A stretch of 64,000 nucleotides of DNA from the human T2T-CHM13v2.0 reference genome, Homo sapiens. The DNA lies in NCBI RefSeq assembly GCF_009914755.1, contig NC_060935.1; one strand, 5' to 3'. The position numbers and the translations under genes are program-made. This document shows, piece after piece, positions 49,776 to 64,000 of the stretch; the first letter of the stretch is position 1, and every line of letters begins with the position of its first letter. A model generated the notes under the pieces. It was not told where the DNA came from, searched no databases, and saw only the letters and a program-made list of their open reading frames with translations.

Positions 49776-51764
49776 CCCGAGCTAAGATTTGAGGAGCCCA
49801 GGACCGGGGCTGCTGTGGGAGGCACTGACTGTCCAGCGGGATGCCAGGGCCCCTGGGCCCGGCCTGCTGGCTGTAAGGGCTTCCTGCTGGCATCCATGCC
49901 ATCTGCCTAGCTCACTCTTCCCTCAGCCCAGACTTTCATCTGGGAAGGCTTTTTTTTCCCCCCTTTACAAATGAACAGAAGTTCATTCCCTTAAAGGGTA
50001 AACGGCAGATCCTGGCGAGGCTTTCAGATTATTTATTCTCTGGCCAGTAATAGAATAGAACACACTTCCTGGCTGGAGGAGGAGTCCATTCTGGTGCCTG
50101 CACAGGGGTCTGGAGCCCTGGAGGCCTGGGGCTTGCTCCCTATGAGGTTTGCCTGCTGGCTTCTTCTACACAAAGGCCCACTCATCCAACCTGTCCTTAT
50201 GGGTCACGTCACTCCTGGGTATTTCTCTGTACAGCATCCCGGAAAGGTGCCAATAATGCCAGCTTTGTGTGTACAGCCCCCAGACCCAGCACCGCACATG
50301 TGATGGCCAACTCCCTCCATGGAGCGTGGCATTGGGCCAGCAGCCCCTCTGGTGGAAGGTCTTTCTCTTTGCTTTGGGGTTTTCAAAGTCCTTTGCAGGT
50401 ACGGCACTGTTGCCATCAGCTCCGCCCTCATCAGGAACCCACGAGCCAACAGACCCTGGGAGAAAGATGTGTCCAGCTGCCTGCAGTCAGGCCAAGCTAT
50501 GTGTCCAAGCTCCATGCGGTTTACAGTCCCTCTGGCTGAAGGGTCAGGGCCCCAAGCCCCTTCCATACAGTTCCACCCAACTCTCCTTTTCCCAAAAAGG
50601 CCTTCACAAACTGCAGAGGTCCTTGCAAGCCCGCAAATGTCTGTCAGCTGCCTGACTCCCTTCTCCCCATAGATCCCTGTCTGTTTCCTTTGTCACCAAA
50701 ATCCAGCCAGAAATCTCCCCAGAGCATGTTCCGACTCTTGTTCCTAGGCGGCAGTCGCCATGTGGTTGGCATAGGTGCACATTTATTAATAAAATGAGCA
50801 AAATAACCAAATGCTTTGGCAGCTCCTGCAGCTTGCCAGAGGCTCTCCGCATGCCCAGTGGCACCAGAGGGTGGAGATGGGCCCTGGGAGGATGACTGTG
50901 GGGAGCCACCAGGGGAGACGTGCTTCTGACCATTGGTGAGGCATTCCACAATCCACAAGGGCTGATGAGTACCCACTGTCTCGGCTCAGGTGGCTTTTGG
51001 AAAAGGAACCCATGATGGGGACAGGGTGGCCTGCAAATGGTTGCTTGAGTGACCCTGCTCAAGAGAGCTCCACCCAGCCCTTCTCCTCAGAGAGTGAGCC
51101 AGGCCAGAATCCTCCAGCCCTAGGGAGTGGCAGAGAGCAGGTCAGGGCAGGCCCACCAGGGGCATGCTCTTCGTAGTAAATAATGGTGATTTAGGGTCCT
51201 GCCTCAACATTCAAATCCTACCTCTGTCCCTACCGGCAGGGGGGCCTTTGCCAAAACACCTAACTCAGCAGGGCTTCCCACTTCCAAATCACCTGGGATG
51301 CTGCAGGCATGACAAACCTGCATTACTGGGGCCTGTGCCAGGCTCACTCAGGGAATCATCCTCTGCAGAGACCCTGGTTTCTCACATGCTCTCCATGTGC
51401 ATTTGCATGTGGTCAGGTCAGCACCTAGGAACCACTGATTTAACCTCTCTAAATTTTTATTTTCTTATTTAAAAAAGTGGAGATTGTTGTGAAGCTTAAA
51501 TGGATGAATATCTATATATAATACCAAAATTTAGCTAGCATTTAGTATGACTGCTAATGCATTAGCTCATTTAATTTTCATAACAGCCCTATGAGGTAGA
51601 CACCATCCCGAAGCCCATTTCACAAGTGAGGAGACTGAGGCTCAGAGACATTAAGCATTTGCCTAAGGCTGGCTACGCAGATGGTAGTGGCTGGAATCCA
51701 TGTAAACTGCTTGGCACAGTGCCTGGAACATAATAAGTGCTCATTAATTTGTGGCTTGTTTAAT

Positions 51765-52520
<756 letters not shown>

Positions 52521-53596
52521 CTACCTCTGGTCAACCCAGCCGAAAGCATCTCCCTGTAGAAGTGCCCCAACTGTCCCGCCCAGATTGACAGCCAGGTCTG
52601 GCTGCCTTTGTCTGGTAGCTAACCGGCCCCCTGGAGAATCCACCTCCAGGCCCCATAGAGAATCCTGGAACTGAGTAGAGCAGGATCCTTCCAGCACCAA
52701 GAACACCCACACAGCACTCGACCATTTTACCCTAGAGCCCGTGGAGGCTCTCTCACCAGGTGGGAGAGGGAAATCGCTGTATGCTTCCTCAGCTCACGCC
52801 TATAAGCGTTCAAGTTCACAAGTGGTGCTTTTCTTAGACCGGCGTGTCATTTATGCTAGAAGCGTAAATTTGACAGGAGGGAGCATCGCAGGGGGAAGGA
52901 GTGAACATGTGGGGAGCCAGGTGCCAGGATAGGACTTGGGCATGTTATCTCATTTTATCTCATGTTGTCTCATTCCCAACAGCTTTGTTCAGGAAGTATC
53001 ATTACCCCAATTTTGTAGCCAAGAATACTAAGGCTCAGAGGTTAGGTGACTTACGACTGTAATAAACAATAGTTAACATTGATTGAGCATACATTGATTG
53101 AGCGTTTACTCGCTGCAGTGGTAAAATGCATTGACTGACTCCTCCAATCCCAATAATACTCTGAAGCTACATTGTCCTTACAGACAGGATAAATAGCTTG
53201 CCCAAGTTCGCCTAGGAAATGACAAAGGCAGAATTCAAAACCCAGGCCCCTGTGGCTCCAAAGCATTTCCTTCTATCTGTAAATAGTGTCTTAACATTGT
53301 ATGGTTTATTTTAGAACCTAGAAACCTATCTCTAGGTGTGATGCAAACCCCCTTCTCTTGGGATTTCTGAATGTGCAGTAAGGAATACTGAGCCGGAGCC
53401 TCCTCTTGCTGTGTGACCTTGGGCAACCTGCTTCAAACCAAATTGCTTGGGCAATTTGGTTTCTTCATCCGGAAATGAGGAAGAGTGACCCTTGTCGACA
53501 TTACTGGCTTGTAAAGGTCTACCCAGAGAGAAACCGCATGTATAGACACACATGCAACACCTCTGGGAGGACTTCGTCTTCTTAAATTGCAACATT

Positions 53597-53851
53597 AAGC
53601 ACTTTCCTCCCACTCTGGTCACCTTCACTTGCTATTCCAAGTCAATTCAATTCAACGGATGCTGGAGGTAGCCATACTGCTCTGTAGCATGCTGGGTTCC
53701 GGGGGTGCGGCCGGAAGTGAGGTGCACTGGAACCTGGTGCCTGCCCTCTTACCCACCTAAAGGTTGGCTGCAGTGTGAAAGCCTAGCATCTGTTGAATTG
53801 AGTTAACTTGGAATAGCAAGTAAAGGTGACCAGAGTGGAAGGAAAGTGCTT
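53597..53851. repeat. Inverted repeat: 67-bp arms (62/67 complementary), 121-bp spacer
   Basis: Arms 53597-53663 and 53785-53851 aligned by hand; five transition mismatches, no gaps. Confidence 0.93.
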
Positions 53852-55722
53852 TAGTCCATGCTTTAGTCTCCTCAGACCTGGCCCTTCCTGCCGAAGACAC
53901 CCCTGGGCCTCATAAATAAGTCCTCCTTTTTTGCTGAACCCAGCTTGAGTGACTTCCTCTGATTCAAAATTCCAGAGTCCAATCAGTACAGCCCTACCTC
54001 CCTCCAGTCCAAGAAAACACCCTGATGAGAAACCCCCCACCCCACAGGGCTCATTTGTCAGAAAGGCTGAGAGAGAGAAAGGGCTGAGCACAGCAGCGGT
54101 GGTCTCTCAAGGTTCTGGGGGAAGAAGTGGGCTCTGTGACCTGGGGAGCCACCTTTAAGTATTATGCAGTGGCTGGAGCTTGTGCTTGCTTTGATTAGAA
54201 CAATTTCTAAAAACTTGATCCCAAGATGGAGCCCTCACTGTAGGTGCTTAATCATAACCCAACGTGGTTCACATTTATTCAGCTTTTGAAATACACAAAT
54301 TGCCTTATCACCCCTCTGGGAAGCCTTGCTGGACCGTCCCACCAGGCCGGATCTATCTTTCTCTTCCCTGCGTCTTGGACACCATTCCGCTGAGGCTGTC
54401 ACGCTCTCTCAAGATAAGCAGGCTGTGTGCAGAGGGAAGAGCGAGATAAGGCTGGGTTCAAATCCCAGCTCTATTGCCCATTCTCGTTGGTAAAATGGGG
54501 GTGAAAATCTCTCCCTTGTAGGGTCATTTTAAGAATATTATGATACTGTGTATCGGCGAGTTCAGCACAAAGCCAGGCACTTAGTCACATCTCAAAAGCA
54601 GCTTTACTACTGGTAGCATGGTCTGTTTAGATGCTTTTATCTTCACTACCTCATGTGAGTGCTTCGAAAACAGACAAGAGCTGTTTTACAGCTGTTGTCT
54701 TGTATTGAACAGTGCCTGGTGTACAGTAAATACCTGTTCAGTCACCGATACTGCATTTTGGATCCATGAACTTCCTTAAGCATCCCAACAAGTCATGAAA
54801 TCAACACGGTGGCATGCTGCCTGGGCCCTGAATGGGAGGAGTCCCCAGGTCTAGCTGAACCCAAGCCCAGGTCTACTCTCCAGTTGCCCAAGTTGTATTT
54901 CTGCTCAAGACTGAATTAATCCCAATCTCACTGGATGTGAATTAAGCGCGGGACCTCGTATTCTGCTTGGACAATACCCATTACTGACTGGGGTTTCTCA
55001 GTGGGGGACTGAGCCAAGCAGGAGATGGGGTGGGGATGGGGGGACATGGTAGCTTTCCCTAGAGGAAGCCCAGCCTTGGCCTGGCCCAACTGGCCAAGGA
55101 GTGCTTTGCTGAGTTATGGGGGTTCAGTGCTCAAAGTTCCAGGGGAGTCTGGGCCCCCAAGATTCTCAGAATCATCTGCCCAATTATCCCCACCTGAGGT
55201 CTCAGCATCCCACTCTCTGCCCAGCAGGGTTCTTGGCTTTGGCTGAGATCTGGCCAAGCTATGCCCTCCTTCTCCTTCACAACCCTGTGACCCTCCTGCC
55301 CCCAATTCCATGCCGAGCCTGATATTCAGTACAGGATACCCTTTGGCTGCAGAAGGAGAGAGTGTCTTACAACAGCACTATGGGGATTTTGTTCTTCACT
55401 GCATGGCCTGAGTTAACAGTGGATCAACCTGAGCCTGCTGTTTTCTTCCTTTAAGGCTTCCAGAGCAGTTAGCCGCCAGCCAGCCTCACCATCCCTGTAA
55501 GGCCCATTGCCCCTGGATTGTTTAGATGCTAGTGCTTTCATCTGATCCCCCACCCCACCAACACCTGTACCTCTTCCCAGCCCAGCACAGGGACAGTCTT
55601 AATCACCGTAATACCAGGGTGGCCACCATCACACGTCCCACGACAACAGGGCCCTCATTGCACATCACCAAGTGACCCAGCTCCAGAATGCCCTCCTGTA
55701 GTGGCGTTCTCAGGGCTGCGAC

Positions 55723-56188
55723 TCTCTTAGCTTAAGATCCCCCCAAAGTAGAACCCGATGCCAAGGCTTGTGTACAGGGAGTTTATTTTGGAAGTCATTC
55801 TAGGGACCAGAAATGAGGGACGAACAGGAGTGGGAAACAAGAGAGAGCAGAAGAGCCAAGATAACGGTGCATTATTAGGTCACTGCCGTGGGTGGCTGGG
55901 GCTCAGCCCTGCCAGGACCTTCCAAGCAGTGCACAGAGGGACCTTATGGGTCAGATGACGGCCTGGCAGAAGCATTCACCTGGTGGCGCCTGTGCACCCC
56001 AGATTGAGGCTGGCTCAGTGGAAGCAACTTCCCTCCACAAGTCCTCCGGCTGAGCCCGCTTCTGCCAACCTTGTGTTGGGGTGCTGCGGAAGCCCCTGGG
56101 CAGAAAATGAAAACTGCCTCATGCTGACAGGAGGCGAGGTGCTGGTGGTGCAAAGGGAGCTGAAGCCCGCCCGGAACTGCTTGCCACA
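55723..56188. mobile_element. ERVL solo LTR (LTR16/LTR33-like)
   Basis: ccccccaaagtagaacccgatgccaagg...gagtttattttggaagtcattctaggg resembles the recalled consensus. Confidence 0.55.
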
Positions 56189-57579
56189 GCATGGCTGGAA
56201 ATAGAGTTGTAGCCGTGCACGCGGCAGGCGGCGTTCAGAAGGAATCTGGTGCATTCTCTCGTAGTTATGAAAACAGGCTCTGGAGCCAGGCTGTCTTGAT
56301 TCCAATCCTTCTGCTGTGCTTCCTTTCCTTCCACTTACAGAAGGGGGAATACTAAGAAGAAAGTACTTTATAGGGTTGTTATGAAGTAAATGAGAAAATT
56401 CATGCAAGATGCTTGTAATAGTGCCTGGCACATAATAAATACTCAATTAAGAGGGGCTTCTAATATCCCCATTTTACAGTTGAGGAAACTAAGATACATA
56501 TTTTTTGAGGGATGAGGAGAAAGGGGACAAAGAAAGGGAGGGAAGGATTTTGAGTAGATCCCGCTCAAACCTCCAGAGAAGCGGAGGCCCTGGCTCTCTC
56601 AGCGTTTCTATGTCCTCTTCCCCTATCACAGGAGAGGCCTAAGGATGGGCAGCAAAGGCTTTCTTCCCCAAACAGGCATTCAAGCTTCCTCTGCTCCAGC
56701 TACAGGGTCCGTGGGTTCCTTGTGATGTCACAGCTGGTTGCTATGGAGACCAGGTTGCTGTGAATGTCAGTCCGAGGCCCATTAGGAGCACAGTGAACAG
56801 CAGCCCAGGCGAGCCCAGGGAGGCAAGAAAATGAGGCTCCCCGTGAGGTCTAATAAACACCTCTCGCCACACCCCAAACACATAGACATGCAATAGAGCC
56901 CATAGGTCCTGAGTGAGTCCCCCTGGCCCACCCCATTCAGCTGAGATCTGACAACATATGTTTGGGGACAAACAGCCCCAGCAGCCAGGAGCAGGCCACA
57001 TCATACATAGTCAGCATCAGCCATGGTCCCCTCCCACTCTCCTGGGGGAAAAAGGTGCTTTACAGGCAGCGTGGCATCCGAGCATCCCCATGGCGATGCT
57101 GAGGTCAGACCTCACTGTGGTGATCTCACGCTGGGGCCACCGGACTCAGGCCAGGCTGGGAGTAGGCTGTCTAGCCATTGCTGGCTGTCATTGTCACCAA
57201 GGGAAGAGGAGAAGCTGTGAAGAGTTGCTCTGGAAAAAACAAATCTGCTCATAGGACAATGGGTCTGGGTGAACCTATCCCGGCCCTCTTGGCTGCTGGG
57301 CCAGGGCCTGGTTTTTCACAGGGCACCATTGAGACCACAGGAAGTGGCTTCCTGCCTCTGAAGACAGCACACAACTGCCCTAGAAAGCGCTCTTGTCACC
57401 CCTGCTGTGAGTCCCCCAGTGGGTTGCTTTGAGAGCCTTTCCTTTTACTGTGTATGGGGAAAATCTTCTGGGGGGATTGGCAGAGGTGGGGGGAAGCACC
57501 CTATGCCCTTCTCTGGATCGCAGGGTATCCTCCCTCCATGCTCTGGCGAGGCACTGACCACCCCCTTCCCCAGGGCTGA

Positions 57580-58224
<645 letters not shown>

Positions 58225-58831
58225 TGGACTTTCTTAAGAAACAGTTACTCCCAACCTACAGCTTGACCTCATAGCTGGGCCCTTCATCCTGCTGATGGGC
58301 AGTGTAGGGAGACAGGAAACACAGAGGCGTCTGGGAGGCAAACCTCATTGCCACCCCTTTCTAGAGACGTGGCCTTGGGCAAGTCACGTCCCCTCTCTGA
58401 GACTCTTGTTTTCTCAGGGTCATTGTGAGGATTAGATGGCCCCTTAAGTGTTCACCCCTTTCTTCCCAATCCTGCATCTGGACCCCAGATGCCACCTCCC
58501 ACGTCAGAGGCCCTGCATCCATGCTCTGCATCTCTGGCTGCCCTCACCACACATGTGTTGCTCTGCCCAGGCCCCTCAAGGCTGGTGGTGTTCTTACACC
58601 TTGCTTTTGCTGACTCAGTGGATGTGTCTAGGTACCACCAGTCCCGACCCCGTTCTGTAGGTCTCTTCTAGAAAGGAGAGCCACCAAGAGCCTATGCCCT
58701 GCTCTGTGTTAGGATCTGTGTCAGACATTTCACACCCATTATTCTAATGAACTCTCACCCCAAGCCCAGCACAGAGTGATCACTAGTCCCATTTTAGGGA
58801 TGAAAAAATTGAGACAGAAGTAAAATGACCT

Positions 58832-59140
<309 letters not shown>

Positions 59141-59244
59141 GTAAAATGGCCTGCCGAGGTCACATGGCAACTATAGCTACCATTGACCAAGCATTTTCTC
59201 CTTGTTGAGTTTTATGCTAAAATGCTTCACACTTATCATTTCAC

Positions 59245-59478
59245 TATAAAGTAGGAAGTTAAGCGCCTGAACTCTGGAGCCAGCCTGCCTGGGTTTGAAT
59301 CCTGCCTCTGCCTCTTACTAGCTGTGTGACCTTGAGCAAGTTATTTAATCTTTCTGTGCCTTGGAGTCCTTATCTGTAAAATAAGATAGCAACAATTCCT
59401 CCCTTATAAGGTTGTCATGAGGAAGAAATTAGGGATAAAGTGCTTAAAGTCATGTCTGGCACGAAGTAAATGCTATAT
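59245..59478 (+). mobile_element. MIR, near full length
   Basis: ctctggagccagcctgcctgggtttgaatcctgcctctgcc...ctgtgtgaccttgagcaagttatttaa. Confidence 0.85.
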
Positions 59479-60307
59479 AGTGTTTCTTTTTTTTTCTTTT
59501 CTTTTCTTTTAAAAAGGTGAGGAAAGCCTCACAACAGCTCTTAGGGTAGAGTACTACTGTTAGTTGCATGTTAGGGAGTAAACAGGCACAGAGAGATGAG
59601 TTCACATACTTGAGGTCACACAGCTTATACATGGCAGGGCTGGGATTAGAGCCCAGGGTTCATTGTATCAGGAGCTGTGCTGGTCCCATTTTGCCATCCA
59701 CCCTGCAGGAGAGGACAGCAGGAGTCCTGCCAGAGGGTAAGGTCCATGGCAACTAAGAACCAGAAGGGAGTGCTGCCCCACCCACAGACCCCGGCTGGGG
59801 CTGGGTCGGGGCACAAGGACTCAGTGGCTGGTGGAGGAGGGAGAGAAAGGAGTAGCCGGCTGAGGCTCGCCAGGATCCTAGCAACCAAAATTCCTGCTCC
59901 AGCTGAGAAGGAAGCATGGCCGGGCTGAGCTGCCACAGAGCTAGGCTCTGGGTCACCACCAAAGCCCCATGCTTCTTGCCTAGATTGAGCTTGAGCCCTT
60001 GTAAATCCTTGCATTTATCAATAGTACATTCCATGAATGGGGTTCTTATTTCCAACTCTGTGACCTTAGGCAAGCAGCTTGACCTTGCTGGACCATGTGT
60101 CATGAGGTTGTTATGGGGCATGAGTGAGTTAGCGGATGGGAATATAAAGTTCCTATCGCAGTCCAGCACAGGGCAGAAGGTGTTCAGGATATGGAGGTTC
60201 CCTTCCCCTCTCTGCTGAATGCCCAGGCACCGCGGCTGACCCTTGGTCAGTAGAGCGCACCCAGACGAATGCCCAGGTGGACACTTGTGTCTTTGTGGTT
60301 ATCTTAG

Positions 60308-61025
60308 GGTAGAGAATCAGAGGCTTGTAGATGTCTTTGCCACTTCCACGGGATCTCTGGGAGCTGGAAACTGAGCTTTAAGAAATAACTGTAGTGCAAA
60401 GGTGAGTATAAATATAATCAGGTTTTCATCATGTTCTTCCTGCAAAATTCTCTTGGAAATGACAACCAACCTCCATTCTATTGCAGGGAACTAAGGGAAA
60501 AGGGTTCAGCCCAAAGCAGAAGGGACTGTGATGATCACAGTGACCTCCTGAGGCCAGCATGGTGGTAGCAGCCAGAGACAGCAGCTGAGTGAGACCCTAA
60601 GGGAGGGATGAGCCAGGCAGTGTGTGGTTGGAGTTCTCCCTACACATCTCGTTTTCCTCACCTCCAGATCACACACATGCACACACACATATGCACCCAC
60701 ACACCCCTTACACACTCCGGCCCGAAGGTTTCTGCAGGACTCCTTCCTGGCACTCTCTCCAGTGCTGCCAGCGTCGCACCACACTGCAAGGCTTTGCAAA
60801 CTTTCCTTCCAAAGTGAAGGAGACCCTCTGGCCATCTGAGGCTCGGTCTGAAGCAACAGCCTCAGAGCGCAATCTCAGGCATGCAGGAAGTGCAGGAAGG
60901 CCACGTGCCACATACGTTATCTCACTTAATCTCATTAGCAGGAAATGTCTTTAAAGTCTTATGTTGGTGCTTAAAAATTCCTGAGCAGTTTAGCCCTTAA
61001 TAAAGCCAGGCTTTTTAAAATTTGA
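60308..61025 (+). ncRNA. Candidate last two exons of a spliced lncRNA (60308-60401; 60487-~61025)
   Basis: tcttag| 94-nt exon AAG|gtgagt; 85-nt intron ending ttctattgcag|; AATAAA at 60999-61004; no credible ORF. Confidence 0.4.
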
Positions 61026-61246
61026 AATGAGGTTGAGAAAACTGTGGTCATCAGAATTCCCTTCAGAGACAACACTTAGCTGAGTCTCTTGGTTGTAGGG
61101 AGGAGGCTGATGGCGGCAGAGGGGGCAGTGGGGATGGCAGAGAGTGGGGGGAGCATGCCAAGGGGACATTTAAGTGAGAAAAGGTGATACTAAATCGCTC
61201 CATATTATGTGGAGTGAGGAGGAAAGAGGGTATGTTTGGGGGTGGG

Positions 61247-61685
61247 GAGAGTGTGTGTGTATGTGAGAGAGAATGTGTGTGTGTGTATGAGAGTGTGTGT
61301 GTATGTGAGAGAATGTGTGCGTGTGAGAGTGTGTGAGACAGAGACAGTGTGTGTGTATGTGAGAGAGAATGTGTGTGTGTGAGTGTGTGTGAGACAGAGA
61401 CAGTGTGTGTGTATGTGAGGGAGAATGTGTGTGTGACTGTGGGTATGAATGAGAGAATGTGTGTGTGAGTGTGTGTGTGACTGTGTGTGTGAGAATGTGT
61501 GTGAGAAAATGTGTGTGAGAGAGTGTGTGAGTGTGTAAGTGAGAGAGAGAGAATGTGTGTGTGTGACAGTGTGTGTGTATGTGAGTGTGTGTGAGAGTGT
61601 GTGTGTATGTGAGAGAGAATGTGTGTGTGAGAGAGTATGTGTATGTGTGTGAGAAAGTGTGTGAGTGTGCATGCATGTGTGTGTA
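61247..61685. repeat. ~440-bp compound (TG)/(AG) low-complexity tract
   Basis: Direct read; recurring unit gtgtgtgtgtatgtgagagagaat. Confidence 0.96.
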
Positions 61686-64000
61686 GGGTGTGCAAGATCG
61701 AGCAGAGAGATTGAAGCAAGTGAGGCTGGGAGCTGCTTCAAGGAGGAAGAGAGGGAAAGAAAGAGAAAGGCTTGCCTGTCAGAGGAGGAGCTAGAGAAGA
61801 AAATGTGAGCTGGAGTTCATGCAGGGGAAGGGAGATGGGCTGTGTGGTGTGCTCCTCTTAGCAGAGGGCTTGAAAATCTCCAGCAGGACTCGGCCTGTGT
61901 CCCCTGGACTTTGGTATCCTTGGCAGTGCCTTGGACCTCACTGGGTACTGGAACCCACTGGTCTGTCTTTCCCACTAGACTGTGATTGTCTCAGGGGTAG
62001 GCAATGTGTGGCTTCCTCCCTGAGCCTCAGGCCTAGCCCAGTGCCAGGACTCATCAATATTGTTTGAACTGGCTGAGCTCCAAGCAGGTGGGTTTGGAGG
62101 TTTTCACTCTTTGTTTGTTTTCTAGGTTGGTCTTATTTAACAAGGCAGGCAGCCTGGGGTCAGACCCAAATTCTTGCCTGCCCAGTTTCAGTCCTGCCTG
62201 GAGAATGAGATGGGCCTGACTCCCTCAGGCTGGAGCCCAGATGAGTTCCTGGGTGCAACAGAGGAGGCAGTTGGAGCAATGGGGACTGCCCAGTGGGAGG
62301 GAGGCGGAGCCAGTCTTATTGTTGAGAGGGCAGAGGGCAGAAGGGACTCCTCTTGGCAGTTGGTCCAGCTCTGGGCTACCTTGTCCATCCTGAGCCCTAG
62401 GAAAGAAAACAAAAGGAGCCTTGCAGTGCAGGCCTGTGTGGTCCAGAAAAAGAAAGGTAAAATCTCCCATGGCTGCTGCTTTCGGTCCGACAGGCATCAG
62501 GCTGAGCTACTCGGGCTGCTTTTCCCCTCTGGGTGAGGATGCACCAACACAAACATACAGAGCGGCTGCTTCTACACAAAGGGACCCCAGGAGAGCAGGA
62601 GAGGCATTTGTGGGACGTCACGGGGAACTTGTTGTCCACCTGGAAGGGGCTGCCAAGTCAGACTCTTCTTTGGGGAGAGGAGACAGGTAGCGCCCCTGTG
62701 GGGTGCCAGGGTTTGGCCATCACTCAACGACGGCCGGGCCGGTGCCTTAAGGAGCTCGGGGAAGGAGAACACACCTGCGCAGCATCAGCCCAGTTCTAGT
62801 GTGAGTCATCACCAAGTAGCTGATGGCAGCTGTGGAACAAGAGCAGGTACAGGATGGGGGCCCCAGTTGGGAGAGAAGAGTGGAAGAGGCATGTTTGGGG
62901 TGAGAGCTGGAGGCATGAAAAGGTGGAGGGACGTGGAGGGTACGTGCTCCTCACAACAGCAACTGCAGCCAGTCAGCCTGAGCACAGGGCCCTGGGAGTT
63001 TGGGAATGGAAGACACAGGGCTGAGTGAGAAGGTGGAGGTGAGCTTCCTCATTACAGGGGCCAGGAAATGCTGACGAATAAACAGCCATTGTTTACTGAG
63101 CCGTTGCTGCATGCCGGGCGCATAGCCAGGCCTTCACACACAACAACAATGGCATTTGCTAGGTGCTGGGCACATTCTGAGCACGTCACGGCACTCACTC
63201 ACGTGGCTCTCACAAATCAGAGGGCGGAACAGACCACAGAGAGGTTAAGTGGCTAGTCAGAGGTCAGCCAGGATCAGGACTCCTGACCCCCTGACCCCTG
63301 CCAACTACAGCTTCTCCAGATATGACTGCCCGGTAGATATTTTCCCCACTTTATGGACGAAGAAACTGAGGCTCGGAGGGATTAACTGAGCAGGGAAGGA
63401 GCGCTCTCATTGTGCCAGGCTCCGTGCTAATCACGCTCCCATATGTTATTCCCTCCATTCTGGCCACAGCTGTGTGAGGTGGAGATTATGATCCCCAGGT
63501 TACAGAGGAGAAAACAGGGGGCGGGGAAAGGAGGGATAAGTCATTTGCCAAGATTTGATCGAAGAATCAGCATGAAGCCTGTGGAGTTTTCAGGGATCCT
63601 CATTCCCTCAGGGAGCCACAGCTACAGCACCCACATTTCAGGCCCCAGTAATCCCCCCCAGGCCTGGGGGTGAGATGGGCGGGGTCCCAAAAAGACCCTT
63701 CTCCTCCAGAGCCCAAGTCACTGCACCCAGCCACTTCCTGCTGCAGGAAATGCAGACCAGGACGATTCCCGTTCCCCAGGGCTGCAGGAGGAGTCCAGGG
63801 GAAGGGGCTGTGTGGAAGGCTGCAGAATCCAAGTTCAGGAAGGAAAAGCATCCTCTCCAGGGTCTGGGTTCCGATTCTGGCTTAACCTTTGCGGTCTGTG
63901 AGCTGATCAGAGCCTCAGTTTCCTGTCAGATAAGAATAGTCACCCTCCCCGCCTCGGGGCGGAACTGTGAGGACCAGATAGAAAGGGCCCCGGGTACAGT

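Noticed and set aside
50722-50743. Possible canonical p53 response element GAGCATGTTC-cg-ACTCTTGTTC
   Set aside because: The second half-site has two mismatches plus a spacer; chance-level match. Other hits, e.g. GGGCATGTCT at ~4735, are isolated half-sites.
55975-55990. Further CTCF-like matches (55975, 45968, 15855, 50861)
   Set aside because: Each departs from the consensus at two or more core positions.
59481-59522. Polypyrimidine tract followed by AAAAAG|GTGAGG, resembling a recursive splice site
   Set aside because: A-rich acceptor is poor, it sits between MIR fragments, and there is no long host intron.
61063-61741. His/Thr/Ser-rich ORFs
   Set aside because: Low-complexity repeat artefacts.

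Overview
Human (or closely related primate) genomic DNA, recognised from the translated exons as the TSPAN18/TP53I11 locus (11p11.2 from recall). The + strand carries the last five coding exons of TSPAN18 (816-12018) and a ~3.2 kb 3' UTR ending after AATAAA at 15245. The - strand carries the complete TP53I11 (PIG11) gene: six coding exons giving 189 aa (21194-17743), with non-coding first exon(s) in a CpG island at ~32200-34250. The two genes converge and their 3' ends probably overlap. The remaining ~30 kb is intergenic and rich in Alu, MIR, L2, LTR and MER remnants, with several candidate enhancers and a possible spliced + strand lncRNA near 60.3-61.0 kb. I cannot establish a new biological system from sequence alone. 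The best leads are: a PIG3-type (TGYCC)8 microsatellite followed by a start-stop uORF in the TP53I11 leader; a 67-bp non-Alu inverted repeat enclosing an ETS site (53597-53851); the tail-to-tail 3' overlap; an oriented set of CTCF motifs; intronic AATAAA signals in TP53I11; and a solo poly(A) retro-insertion with a perfect TSD. Repeat subfamily calls and comparisons to reference proteins are from memory, not from database searches.
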